A stretch of DNA of 54,259 nucleotides, from contig JBBIPG010000007.1 in assembly GCA_037442925.1 (NCBI GenBank), positions 1 to 54,259 of the forward strand. Direction: 5' to 3'. The notes beneath the pieces were generated by a model that made no database searches, was not told where the DNA came from, and saw nothing but the letters and a program-made list of their open reading frames with translations. The position numbers and the translations under genes are program-made. This stretch comes from Candidatus Fraserbacteria bacterium (GTDB taxonomy: Bacteria; Bipolaricaulota; Bipolaricaulia; RBG-16-55-9). Of the stretch, positions 1 to 9,015 are shown in pieces. How positions within the stretch are numbered: the stretch's first letter is position 1; every line of letters starts with the position of its first letter.

Positions 1-1
1 C

Positions 2-109
2 CAGAGTGCCGCACCATTTGCTGTGATCGGTGGAGTAACGCAAGAGGGGATCTGGATGGAAGAGAACGGGAGCACAGTCGGATTAGCAGATCGCGGGTAT
101 GAACACTAA
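2..109 (+). CDS. thiL: 3' end of a gene entering the window, probably thiamine-monophosphate kinase
   Basis: Frame 2 reads QSAAPFAVIGGVTQEGIWMEENGSTVGLADRGYEH*. The 'xIGxV...GY(D/E)H' ending is typical of ThiL. Only 35 codons are visible. Confidence 0.5.
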   Translation, partial: QSAAPFAVIGGVTQEGIWMEENGSTVGLADRGYEH

Positions 110-128
110 GTAAGTAGAGAGAGAAGAA

Positions 129-725
129 CTATCTCTCTAGCCTCGGCGCGATGAACTGCAAGAACTCCGCCCGCGTCTTGGCAGCCTTTCGAAACGATCC
201 CTTCATCGCACTCGTCACCATCCACGCATCGCGCTTCTCCACGCCGCGCATCGCCATGCAAAGATGCATCCCTTCCACCACAACCCCAAGTCCCAACGGG
301 TGAAGGGCCTCCTCCAAAAAGCAGGCGATCTCCTCGGTCATGCGCTCCTGAAGCTGCAGCCTCCTGGCAAAGATGTCCACAACCCGCGGGATCTTGCTCG
401 CCCCGATCACTCGGCCTTTGGGAATGTACCCCACGTGCACGTGGCCAAAGAAGGGAATGAGATGATGCTCGCAGAGACTGAAATACTCGATGTCCTTTAC
501 TACAACCATGGAGTCGTAGTCCACCCTGAAAATGGCATCACCCACGATGTGCTCTATGTTCACGCGATAGCCTTGGGTAAGCTCATCATACAGCTGCGCC
601 ACCCGACGCGGAGTCTCTCGCAAGCCCTCTCGCCGGGGGTTTTCCCCCAATTCCAGGAGCAACTGGCGCACCAGCTCCTCTAGGGAAGTCAGACTCTGGC
701 TCTTTTCATTGATGCGATCTCGCAT
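129..725 (-). CDS. folE: GTP cyclohydrolase I
   Basis: Motifs LxETPxRVA, SLCEHHLIPFFG, SKIPRVVDIFARRLQLQERMT and HLCMAMRGV. Confidence 0.97.
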   Translation of the reverse strand: MRDRINEKSQSLTSLEELVRQLLLELGENPRREGLRETPRRVAQLYDELTQGYRVNIEHIVGDAIFRVDYDSMVVVKDIEYFSLCEHHLIPFFGHVHVGYIPKGRVIGASKIPRVVDIFARRLQLQERMTEEIACFLEEALHPLGLGVVVEGMHLCMAMRGVEKRDAWMVTSAMKGSFRKAAKTRAEFLQFIAPRLER

Positions 726-733
726 GATGAATT

Positions 734-3712
734 CTATCCCTTGATATTGCAGATGGGGACCATCTTGGCCACTCTGGTTCCGATGCCCACCTCGTGAGAG
801 ACCCGCACGACCTCATCCAGATCTTTGTAGGCGCCGGGAGCTTCTTCCGCGATGGTGGCCTTGCTCTGACCGCGCACGAAGATCCCTCGCTCCTTAAGCT
901 CTCGCGTGATCTCGTCCGCTCGCCATTGACCCTTGGCCTTCGTGCGGGAGAGCACTCTGCCCGCGCCGTGAGCCGTGCTGCCAAACGTGAGATCGAGCGC
1001 CGCCTGAGTCCCCCGCAGCACGTAGGACCCCGTGCCCATGGAGCCTGGAATGATCACAGGTTGTCCCACATCTCGATAGGCCCGCGGCAGCTCCGGCCGT
1101 CCCTTGGGGAATGCTCTTGTAGCTCCTTTGCGGTGGACGTAGACCTCTCTCTCTCTGCCGTTGACTCTGTGAACTTCTTTCTTGCCGATGTTGTGAGCCA
1201 CATCGTAGAGCAAATCCATTCCCAACTCTCGCCAGCTTGTTCGGAAGATCTGCTCGAAACATTCTCGTGCACGGTGCATGATGAGCTGGCGATTGCACCA
1301 GGCATAGTTGATGGCACAATTCATGGCTTTATAGTAGTCCTGGCCCGCCGCGCTTTGGGTAGGCGCACAAGCCAACTCACGGTCAGGCAGCGTCGCGAGA
1401 AGATCTCGGTGTTCCTGTTCCACTCTTCTTAGATAATCTGTGCAGATCTGGTGACCGTAGCCCCGCGACCCACAATGGATCATGATCACGATCTGATCTT
1501 TGAAAAGCCCGTATTGACGAGCGATCTCTTCATCGAAGACTTCCGCAACTCGTTGAACTTCGAGAAAGTGATTCCCTGAGCCCAAAGACCCCAACTGTTC
1601 GCGACCGCGGGCCTTGGCTTCGTCGGAGACACACGAGGGATCTGCACCGGGTCGAAACCCCTCGTCCTCGCAATGAGCCAGATCCTCTTCGACACCATAC
1701 CCTCTTTGAAGGGCCCACTTGACTCCAATGCGAGCGACCTCGTCCAATTCACTGGATGACAGCTTCCCTACGATGCTCCCCTTGCCGATGCCCGTGGGGA
1801 TCTGGGAGAAGAGCATATCGACAAGCTGCTGCTCTTTGCCCTTCACATCGTCGTATTGAAGATTTGTCTTGCAGACGCGCACGCCGCAATTGGAGACCAC
1901 AAACCCGTTGGCGATAAAGTTATGGTCTGGATGGTCAACCGTAAAGTCGTAGACGTAATCATCAAAGTCTTCCAAAGGCTCAAGGCGAACGATGCGATCC
2001 CAAACCATGCCGCTCTGATCCAGACCGGCAGTGTTTTCCTCTAGATACTCATGGAAAGTGGGGAAATCGCTCGCGATACGTACACCTGTCGCTCTTTCTT
2101 CGTAGAGCGAGCGCTCGATGAAGCGGCGATTGACGAGAGGACCTTCGAGCTCTGAGTAGATGCGGGACGGAGATAGACCCGTGGCTTGCATGGCGAAAGC
2201 TTCTTCTACAACGTGCTCTCTAGCTTCCAAGGTCCGCTGCTTCAGTTTAAGATACTGAACAGCAGAGTTGGCGAGAACACGGCGTTCTCGGTTGTACTCA
2301 AAACCCACCTTGCTCCAAAGGTTGAGTAGGCTCTCCAGCTCAGAAGAGAGGATAAGCCTCAGCCGATAAGAGATCGAGCTGTCGCGGTTCACCTGCTCTC
2401 TACGAACGCTGATCTTCTTCGTCTGTACGCCGAACTCTTCTAGGAGCCGCGCGATATCTTCTAAGAACTCTCGGCCGCTATCGACAAAGCCCTCGCGCTT
2501 GTTCATCGAGAGGACAGGCGCATAGAAGTTATATCCATGGTGGGTCAAGGTTTGAGGAGAAGTAAGCTCTGCGCCAAAGAGGGCTGCCAAAAAGAGCCTT
2601 TTCTGCCAGAGTGGCGCTCTAAAAATCCAAGTTGGGAGCTTGTAATCTTGAAGGGTTTTATTGCCATAGGGAGTGCCTAGGGTTACGAGCAATACCGCTA
2701 AACTCGTACTGTGCACGAGGAAACTGTTCTCGCGATGTTGGAAGCGGTACTCGGCATACGTGGTCCGAATGCGATGATCACGCTCTCGAGTGTAGAGTTG
2801 AGTGGGTCCATAACCGAGAGATGTGAGATCATCACGAATTTCCGCTAGATCCTCTGTCTTGCCATAGAACGAGATCTGGCCTTGTCGGCGGCGATTTCCA
2901 AACGAGATGGAACCATCTCCGGTCACGAATCCTAGAATTTTAAGCAACAGAGGAAGTTGTGGAGAGCTGAAGCGCAACGGCAGTAACCCGCGCGCTTTGA
3001 GTTGATTCAAGATCTGGACCTCAGCGTTACCAGCCGTGCCCTTGCCTAGCCGACGGGAGACGGCGCGAATCTCCTCATCGCTTATGATCACGTCATTACT
3101 GGGAGGTTGGTAGGGCACACCCTGGAAAGGGTAGAGAGCTACACGATCTCCAACATGAAGACGGCCTAGTTCGACCATGCCCTCTGGGGTCCAGAAAGGA
3201 TGATCGGCCGTGGCCTCGATCTCGTCCCCACTCTCGGTGACCAAGCGGTAGACTTGATCTGTCGGGCGGAGCTTGAGATACCGTAGAGGCCGAGTGGTGG
3301 CATTTTGATGCGCATGGAAATCCTGACACAACAAACTGGATTCTTGCCAAACAGCCTCCATCTCGCCGATTGGGCGATAGTAGCCGTCCTTATGTAACAC
3401 AAGGGCATTCCCGGTGAGGCAGTTCACGTCGTATCCGATCGCCCCAGGTGAAATGACGCCGTGCTCGGCATCGAGGGCAGCCACTCCTCCCACGGGGAAT
3501 CCGTAGCCTTGATGAGCATCGGGAAGAGCGAGTGCATATTTGTGAATGCCCGGCAGATGCGCCGCGTTTCTAAGCTGAGTCAACGTCGCGTCCTGCTGGA
3601 TTTTCTCTAGAAGAGCCTCACTGGCAAACACGCGGGCGGGAACGCGCATCCCACCCTCTTGCGGGATCTCCCAGATGTGCTCTGCGATGCGTTTGAGTGA
3701 AATCTGGCTCAG
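734..3712 (-). CDS. rtcB: RtcB-family RNA ligase (archaeal type) with an in-frame intein; probable CTG start at 3712
   Basis: Motifs PDAHQGYGFPVGG, GYDVN|CGVR, GSLGSGNHFLEVQ, HCGSRG, YDVAHN, HRKGATR, STAHGAGR and EEAPGAYKD. AAGGAGG lies 8 nt upstream of CTG (3710-3712). Confidence 0.95.
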   Translation of the reverse strand: MSQISLKRIAEHIWEIPQEGGMRVPARVFASEALLEKIQQDATLTQLRNAAHLPGIHKYALALPDAHQGYGFPVGGVAALDAEHGVISPGAIGYDVNCLTGNALVLHKDGYYRPIGEMEAVWQESSLLCQDFHAHQNATTRPLRYLKLRPTDQVYRLVTESGDEIEATADHPFWTPEGMVELGRLHVGDRVALYPFQGVPYQPPSNDVIISDEEIRAVSRRLGKGTAGNAEVQILNQLKARGLLPLRFSSPQLPLLLKILGFVTGDGSISFGNRRRQGQISFYGKTEDLAEIRDDLTSLGYGPTQLYTRERDHRIRTTYAEYRFQHRENSFLVHSTSLAVLLVTLGTPYGNKTLQDYKLPTWIFRAPLWQKRLFLAALFGAELTSPQTLTHHGYNFYAPVLSMNKREGFVDSGREFLEDIARLLEEFGVQTKKISVRREQVNRDSSISYRLRLILSSELESLLNLWSKVGFEYNRERRVLANSAVQYLKLKQRTLEAREHVVEEAFAMQATGLSPSRIYSELEGPLVNRRFIERSLYEERATGVRIASDFPTFHEYLEENTAGLDQSGMVWDRIVRLEPLEDFDDYVYDFTVDHPDHNFIANGFVVSNCGVRVCKTNLQYDDVKGKEQQLVDMLFSQIPTGIGKGSIVGKLSSSELDEVARIGVKWALQRGYGVEEDLAHCEDEGFRPGADPSCVSDEAKARGREQLGSLGSGNHFLEVQRVAEVFDEEIARQYGLFKDQIVIMIHCGSRGYGHQICTDYLRRVEQEHRDLLATLPDRELACAPTQSAAGQDYYKAMNCAINYAWCNRQLIMHRARECFEQIFRTSWRELGMDLLYDVAHNIGKKEVHRVNGREREVYVHRKGATRAFPKGRPELPRAYRDVGQPVIIPGSMGTGSYVLRGTQAALDLTFGSTAHGAGRVLSRTKAKGQWRADEITRELKERGIFVRGQSKATIAEEAPGAYKDLDEVVRVSHEVGIGTRVAKMVPICNIKG
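1889..3421 (-). mobile_element. Intein (511 aa) with LAGLIDADG-type homing endonuclease inside rtcB
   Basis: Starts CLTGNALV, has block B TADHPFWT, endonuclease motifs LGFVTGDGS and FLAALFGAE, and ends VYDFTV..HNFIANGFVVSN followed by +1 Cys. Removing it restores DVNCGVR. Confidence 0.95.
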
Positions 3713-3755
3713 GGCAATCCCCTCCTTCGGATACCAACAGCGCAACTCGCAATTC

Positions 3756-3784
3756 ATTATACGAAATCGCTCTGCTCTTCCCAA
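3756..3784 (-). promoter_or_regulatory. Sigma70-type promoter for rtcB-folE
   Basis: TTGGGA-17 nt-TATAAT on the minus strand. Confidence 0.6.
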
Positions 3785-3905
3785 TGATCTGGGTTCAGCA
3801 CGCCTGTGGAGAAGCGCCTTGGTGATTGACAAGAAGGTAAGCCCTTTGCCTCCCGCCCGTTCCGCTTGCTACACTTCACTTAGCCAACGAGGGAGATGCC
3901 GAAAG

Positions 3906-4895
3906 ATGACTGCCAACCTCACGCCCGAATACATGGAGGCCGATAAGCGGTATCGTCAGGCTAAAACGCTGGAAGAGAAGATCGCCGCCCTCAAAGACAT
4001 GATGACTCTCGTCCCCAAGCACAAGGGGACGGAGCGCATGCGCGTTGAACTCAAGAAACGCCTCGCCAAACTCCAAGAGGAGGCGCAAAAGAAACCCAGG
4101 GTCACCCGCACTCAGACCTGGGAGCACATCGACCGAGAAGGAGCAGGGCAAGTCGTCTTGGTGGGCCTGCCCAATTCCGGCAAATCCTCCCTGCTGGCAA
4201 CCGTCACGAATGCCCAACCGGAGATCGCAGACTATCCGTTCTCGACCTTCCGCCCGACGGTCGGCATGATGCCCTTTGAAGACATCCAGATCCAACTCAT
4301 TGACCTGCCACCACTTTCGGAATTCACGGAATCGTGGGTCTTTAGCCTCATTCGCCAAGCCGATGTCGTAGCTCTTCTGGTCGATCTCAGCCAGCCAGAC
4401 CCAGCCGAAGATGTCATGGCGGCACTGGGCCTTCTTGAGAAATCTCGAATCCAACTCGTAGGCAAGAATCGTCAACCGATCGACGGCTCCGGATCGGGCA
4501 TGAGCAAGAAGACTCTACTATTGGCCACCAAGCTCGACGCTCCGGAGAGCACCGAAGCGTTCCAAGCACTGCAAGACATCTATGGCAACGAATATCCGTT
4601 GGTGGCCATCTCGGCCCGCAATGGCCAGGGACTCGACGCCCTGGGACGCGCTCTCTTTGATCTTCTAGAGATTGTGCGCGTCTACACGAAGAAACCCGGC
4701 CAGCCTCCTTCCAAAGAGACCCCCTATGTGCTTCCCCAAGGGAGCACCATTACCCAAGTCGCCCAGGCGATCCACCATGAGCTGGCCCAGAAGTTCGAAT
4801 ACGCGCGCGTCTGGGGATCAGCCGAATTCCCTGGACAGCGAGTAGAGCGCGATCACGTTGTCCGGGACGGCGATATCATCGAGATCCACGCTTAA
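3906..4895 (+). CDS. DRG/Obg-family GTPase with C-terminal TGS domain
   Basis: MTANLTPEY start, PKHKGTE, G1 GLPNSGKS, G2 YPFST, G4 TKLD, and TGS-region motifs RVYTK..G, ARVWG and DGDIIEIH. Confidence 0.9.
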   Translation: MTANLTPEYMEADKRYRQAKTLEEKIAALKDMMTLVPKHKGTERMRVELKKRLAKLQEEAQKKPRVTRTQTWEHIDREGAGQVVLVGLPNSGKSSLLATVTNAQPEIADYPFSTFRPTVGMMPFEDIQIQLIDLPPLSEFTESWVFSLIRQADVVALLVDLSQPDPAEDVMAALGLLEKSRIQLVGKNRQPIDGSGSGMSKKTLLLATKLDAPESTEAFQALQDIYGNEYPLVAISARNGQGLDALGRALFDLLEIVRVYTKKPGQPPSKETPYVLPQGSTITQVAQAIHHELAQKFEYARVWGSAEFPGQRVERDHVVRDGDIIEIHA

Positions 4896-6115
4896 TTCTC
4901 GATGGTCGATGCGGCCAGAAGTTTGGTCACGAACTCGATAAAGCCCGTAGCCATTCCACGGACTTCCATCGGGGACATGGCATCGACTCTCACCATCAGG
5001 GTTCGACGCGCACCCGGCTCGAGGGTTCCCAAGCTTTGAGTGTAGATCATCCGCTTGCCCTCAAGGAGAAGGAGCGTGGCCAACGCCACGGTGAACGGCC
5101 CTCGGTTCTCGACCGTGACCCGGAATAGACCAGGTGCTTCGGCCATGCCCATCATTTCCACCGTAAGGCTCTGTTTCAGCAGTTCGCTCTGTAATCGGAT
5201 TACGTTGCCGCGGAACTCGGCCAGCTTTGCCTCGAGACGCTCTGCCCCTTCTCGGTGACCGTGCGCACGCATTGTCTGGATTGCCTGCTTGAATTGCTTG
5301 AGTTTCGCGCTGAAGCGGTCAGATAGGTCCGAGAGAGCCGGGAAGAACTCCCGCAGGCGTCCACTCTGGAGTAGCTCCTTGCCCCACAGAGCAATGTCTT
5401 TCAGATCTTCGAGAGGAGGCAGCATCGGCTCCTCAGGGAACCCATACGGCGGCATCGAGGGCATATGCATGGGGGGCTCTTTCTGCTCGACGCTGGGCTT
5501 TCCCTTAAGAAGAGCCTCAAAGCTCTTTAAGAGGTCCGCCTGAGAGCCCAGCAGCTTCTCGAAGCTGACCGTGAAGCCATAGAGCGCCCTCGGCGGCAGA
5601 CGATGAACTTCGACCAGACAGTGAAGCATGCCCTCAAAACTGCGAAGGAGTTCCGTCTGACCTTTCAGCAATCTCTCGAAGCTCGCCACAAGCTCGAGAG
5701 GAGGCAGGCGGTGGCGATGGATCAACGCCTCGAAACTGCCGAGAAGCTTGGCCTGACCGTGCAAGAGTTTTTCAAAGCTGGCCACGAGATCGGGTTCTGG
5801 TCGTTGGCCTGGTGTGCACGCGTAGGGACGCGCAAGGCCTTCGTAACTCTGGAGCAGTTTCGCTTGCTGATAGAGAAGGTTCTCAAAGCTCCTGAGCAAC
5901 TCTACGGGTGGCAGCTCGAACTTCCCTACGAGCATCTCGAAGCTCTGAAGGAGTCCCGCCTGACGCCCAAGCAGATCTTCAAAACTCCTTATGAGATCAG
6001 TAGGAGCCATCGGTGCCGGAGGCTTAGCCAAAAGCGAGGGAGCGTATGTTGCCCAACTGACCGATACCATCAAGAAGAACATCATAAGGACTACCGGCGC
6101 TCTGAATCGACCCAT
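4892..6115 (-). CDS. Secreted hypothetical protein with tandem 'SFE' helical repeats and a C-terminal Ig/CARDB-like domain
   Basis: RBS AAAGGAGG, signal peptide ending SVSWA, five SFExLLxxQxxLLxS(F/Y)E units, and a C-terminal VTVENRG...LGTLEPG pattern. Confidence 0.8.
   Translation of the reverse strand: MGRFRAPVVLMMFFLMVSVSWATYAPSLLAKPPAPMAPTDLIRSFEDLLGRQAGLLQSFEMLVGKFELPPVELLRSFENLLYQQAKLLQSYEGLARPYACTPGQRPEPDLVASFEKLLHGQAKLLGSFEALIHRHRLPPLELVASFERLLKGQTELLRSFEGMLHCLVEVHRLPPRALYGFTVSFEKLLGSQADLLKSFEALLKGKPSVEQKEPPMHMPSMPPYGFPEEPMLPPLEDLKDIALWGKELLQSGRLREFFPALSDLSDRFSAKLKQFKQAIQTMRAHGHREGAERLEAKLAEFRGNVIRLQSELLKQSLTVEMMGMAEAPGLFRVTVENRGPFTVALATLLLLEGKRMIYTQSLGTLEPGARRTLMVRVDAMSPMEVRGMATGFIEFVTKLLAASTIEN
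5501..5998 (-). repeat. Five coding repeats of LxxSFExLLxxQAxLLxSFExL
   Basis: SFE/SYE occurs at aa 44/58, 76/90, 113/127, 145/159 and 184/198, always 14 residues apart within a pair. Confidence 0.9.
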
Positions 6116-6177
6116 GATCCCTCCTTTGGATCTTTGAATCGCTTTACTTCCATCTTACGCTAGGGACGGCACGAGAG

Positions 6178-7275
6178 TCAACTTCCCTGGCGGCTCCGAA
6201 CCGAGCCGCTATAGAACGGGCGTTTTACGATCTCTGCTTGTTTGCGCTGCCCTCGGATCTCCACCTCGATTGTCTGACCCAGATGGCCCTTCGTCGTGAG
6301 AAAGCCCATACCGAGAAACTGCCCTAGTGTCGGGGATTTCATCCCGCTGGTCACATAGCCAGCTTCTTTGCCATCGCAATAGATTCTGTAGCCCTGACGG
6401 GGGACGCCGGGCTCGATCATCTTGAACCCGATCAGAAACTTTCTTCCGCCCTCACGCTTCTGGCGCAACAAGATTTCTTTGCCCGGATAATCCACGGGTT
6501 TGTCTTTCACAGTCCAGCCGATCCCTGCCTCCACGGGAGTGGTCTCCTCATCCAATTCGTGGCCGTAGAGCGGAAGCGCCGCTTCAAACCGGAGCGAATC
6601 CCGTGCACCCAGGCCAATGGGCGGAACTCCTGCTTTGATGAGATCTTTCCAGAGTTGGACGATGACTATCGGGGGACCGTAAATCTCAAAACCGTCTTCT
6701 CCCGTGTAGCCGGTGCGCGAGATGAGAACGGGCTCCTTTTCCAGCTCGGTCTCCACGGAATAGAAATACTGCACGCGAGAGAGGTCGACTTCGACCTGTC
6801 GTTGGAGTGTCTCCTCTGCCTTGGGACCCTGTACGGCGAGTTGAGCGTAGGCACTGCTGAGGTTGACGACCTTCGCATTCGGGAAGCGTGCAGATATCAT
6901 CTGCATCCAACGATAATCTTTCTCTGTAGTCCCAGCATTGACGACCAGCAAGTACTTTTCTGGCAGGCGGAATACCAGAAGATCGTCGAGTGTGCCGCCT
7001 TGCTCGTTACAGATAGAAGTGTAGAGCGCTTGGTCTGTCTTGAGCTTGCTGGCGTCGTTGGTGATGAGAAATTGCACCAGATCGAGCGCGTTTTGGCCCG
7101 TGATCTCGATCTCGCCCATGTGGCTCACGTCAAAGACGCCTACGTTCTCCCGCACGGCGTGGTGTTCTTCGAGGATGCCAGCGTATAGAATGGGCATCTC
7201 CCAACCGCCAAATTCGACCATCTTAGCGCCCAGCTTGCGATGAAGTTCGTATAAAGGGGTTCGTTTCAGATCCAT
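6178..7275 (-). CDS. gcvT: Glycine cleavage system aminomethyltransferase T
   Basis: Motifs LKRTPLY, FGGWEMP, FDVSHMGE, SRTGYTGEDGFE and GLGARDSLRFEA. Start placed at the second Met. Confidence 0.97.
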   Translation of the reverse strand: MDLKRTPLYELHRKLGAKMVEFGGWEMPILYAGILEEHHAVRENVGVFDVSHMGEIEITGQNALDLVQFLITNDASKLKTDQALYTSICNEQGGTLDDLLVFRLPEKYLLVVNAGTTEKDYRWMQMISARFPNAKVVNLSSAYAQLAVQGPKAEETLQRQVEVDLSRVQYFYSVETELEKEPVLISRTGYTGEDGFEIYGPPIVIVQLWKDLIKAGVPPIGLGARDSLRFEAALPLYGHELDEETTPVEAGIGWTVKDKPVDYPGKEILLRQKREGGRKFLIGFKMIEPGVPRQGYRIYCDGKEAGYVTSGMKSPTLGQFLGMGFLTTKGHLGQTIEVEIRGQRKQAEIVKRPFYSGSVRSRQGS

Positions 7276-7434
7276 GAGTATCAGGCCTCGCGAGAATTGT
7301 ACGCTCTCTTTCTGGAGGCACGCAAATGCCGGTTCGTATGGGGGCTTGACTTTCAAATCCATTTATGATAGTATAACGTGTAAAATACGCGTATCACTCT
7401 TTGATAAGCTCTTGACGAAGGCAGGCGATGAGGA

Positions 7435-8505
7435 ATGGCTAGGGCGACCAGATACTCTAGAGGAGCACAGCATCTTTTCGTGCTAGTGATGCTCTTGCTG
7501 CTAGTCCTCACGTTTGCGTGTGGGACGGATGCTACCGCGGCCACTCCGGGTTCCGTGGTCATTAACGAGGTCGCCTGGATGGGAACGCAAGCCAGCACCA
7601 GTGACGAGTGGATTGAACTATTCAACACAACTGATCAAGATATTGATCTTACAGGTTGGACACTCGTGGCTCTAGATGGAACTCCCAGTATTACGCTCTC
7701 TGGCATTGTTCCTGCTCAAGGCTTCTTCTTGCTAGAGCGCACTGATAACGACACAGTAAGTGACATTGCAGCGGATCAGATCTATACGGGGGCGCTGGAG
7801 AACGATCCAGATGCAGAAATCCTTCTCTTGAAAGACGCAACGGGCAATCCAATCGACAGTGCCAACGGCGACGGGGGCTCCTGGCCTGCGGGCAACAGCA
7901 CGACTCGGTCTACGATGGAGCGAATCAATCCTCTACTCCCTGACTCCGATGCAAACTGGGCTGCCAACAACGGGATCGTGCGCAACGGCCTCGACGCTGA
8001 CGACAAGCCCATCAACGGCACACCCAAAGCTCAAAACTCCACGACTATCGTGAAGATAAACGCGCCTCCAATCGCCAACGCTGGCCCTGATCTGATCACG
8101 AATGAAGGCGTCAGCGTCACCCTTGATGGCTCCGAAAGCTATGATCCCGACGGCGATGCTCTGACATGTACCTGGGACCCCGGCGATGGCTCCGTGACAC
8201 TCGCCGGCTGTGTCGTTTCTCATGCATACGCCGATATCGGCGTCTTCACAGCCACCCTCACCGTAGACGATGGTCACGGCGGAATCGGCGTAGATACCTT
8301 GACCGTCACCGTGAGGGCACCCCCCAGCAAAGGCGATGCCAACGGCAATGGAGCGATTGACCTCCACGACGCCATCCTCTGCGCTGAGATCGCACTGGAA
8401 CTGAGAACGCCCACAAATCGAGAAGAAGCGACGTGTGATGTTGCCGCTCCGTTTGGCGTTATCGACGGGCGCGACGTCGTGCGTATTGCGGAGAAGCTGC
8501 CATGA
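7435..8505 (+). CDS. Secreted lamin-tail-domain + PKD + dockerin protein
   Basis: Signal peptide. LTD: VVINEVAWMG..DEWIELFN..IDLTGWTL..SMER..GTP. PKD: PPIANAGPD..VTLDGSESYDPDGD..HAY..LTVDDG. Dockerin-like duplicated loop: GDANGNGAIDLHDA...CDVAAPFGVIDGRD. Confidence 0.85.
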   Translation: MARATRYSRGAQHLFVLVMLLLLVLTFACGTDATAATPGSVVINEVAWMGTQASTSDEWIELFNTTDQDIDLTGWTLVALDGTPSITLSGIVPAQGFFLLERTDNDTVSDIAADQIYTGALENDPDAEILLLKDATGNPIDSANGDGGSWPAGNSTTRSTMERINPLLPDSDANWAANNGIVRNGLDADDKPINGTPKAQNSTTIVKINAPPIANAGPDLITNEGVSVTLDGSESYDPDGDALTCTWDPGDGSVTLAGCVVSHAYADIGVFTATLTVDDGHGGIGVDTLTVTVRAPPSKGDANGNGAIDLHDAILCAEIALELRTPTNREEATCDVAAPFGVIDGRDVVRIAEKLP

Positions 8506-9014
8506 TCTCTCGGAGAGTTTTTGTAACATCTCTCGGCTTGCTGGGACTCCTTACTCTCTTGCTGGTTATGTTAGTCGGTTGCGTTCAAATCACAAAGCCC
8601 ACGCTGATGGTGGAAAACCTTCGATTGGAGCCGGGAGAGACAGCCACGCTGCGAATCATCGTCTTCCACATCGAGGGCTTGCAAGTCGTGCAAGTGGGGC
8701 CCAGGGGAGCGCTCACGTTCGATCCCGAAGTCATTCAAATCCAGAGCATAAACGGCAAGAACGGCTTTCAAGTCTTTGCCAGCTCCATCGACAACGATGA
8801 GGGGAAGATCCTTTTTCTTGCCGCTTATCCCGGTGGAGGGTTGAGCGACGGAGTGATATTGGAATTGGAAATCCAAGCACAAGGTTCAGTGGGGGCGAAG
8901 ACACGCATTGAACTTGCCCAAATCGATCTTATGGCCGATGAAGAGGGAAACGAAATCGAAGCGTTCGATCTTCGAAGCGGAACAGTGACCATCGAGTCAA
9001 CAGCCTCGCAGTGA
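8502..9014 (+). CDS. Lipoprotein with a single cohesin-like domain
   Basis: Lipobox LVGC. Cohesin pattern PGETATLRI..LTFDPEVIQI..IDNDEGKILF..G..ILELEIQAQG..G..T.I..DEEGNEI..GTVTI. ATGA overlap with the upstream gene. Confidence 0.75.
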   Translation: MISRRVFVTSLGLLGLLTLLLVMLVGCVQITKPTLMVENLRLEPGETATLRIIVFHIEGLQVVQVGPRGALTFDPEVIQIQSINGKNGFQVFASSIDNDEGKILFLAAYPGGGLSDGVILELEIQAQGSVGAKTRIELAQIDLMADEEGNEIEAFDLRSGTVTIESTASQ

Positions 9015-9015
9015 T

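Noticed and set aside
3713..3905. Overlapping N-terminal extensions of rtcB and the GTPase in the ORF track
   Set aside because: The region holds divergent promoter elements, and family similarity begins downstream in both genes.
7276..7434. Glycine riboswitch upstream of gcvT
   Set aside because: No recognisable aptamer, and a -10-like TACAAT lies only about 20 nt before the ATG.
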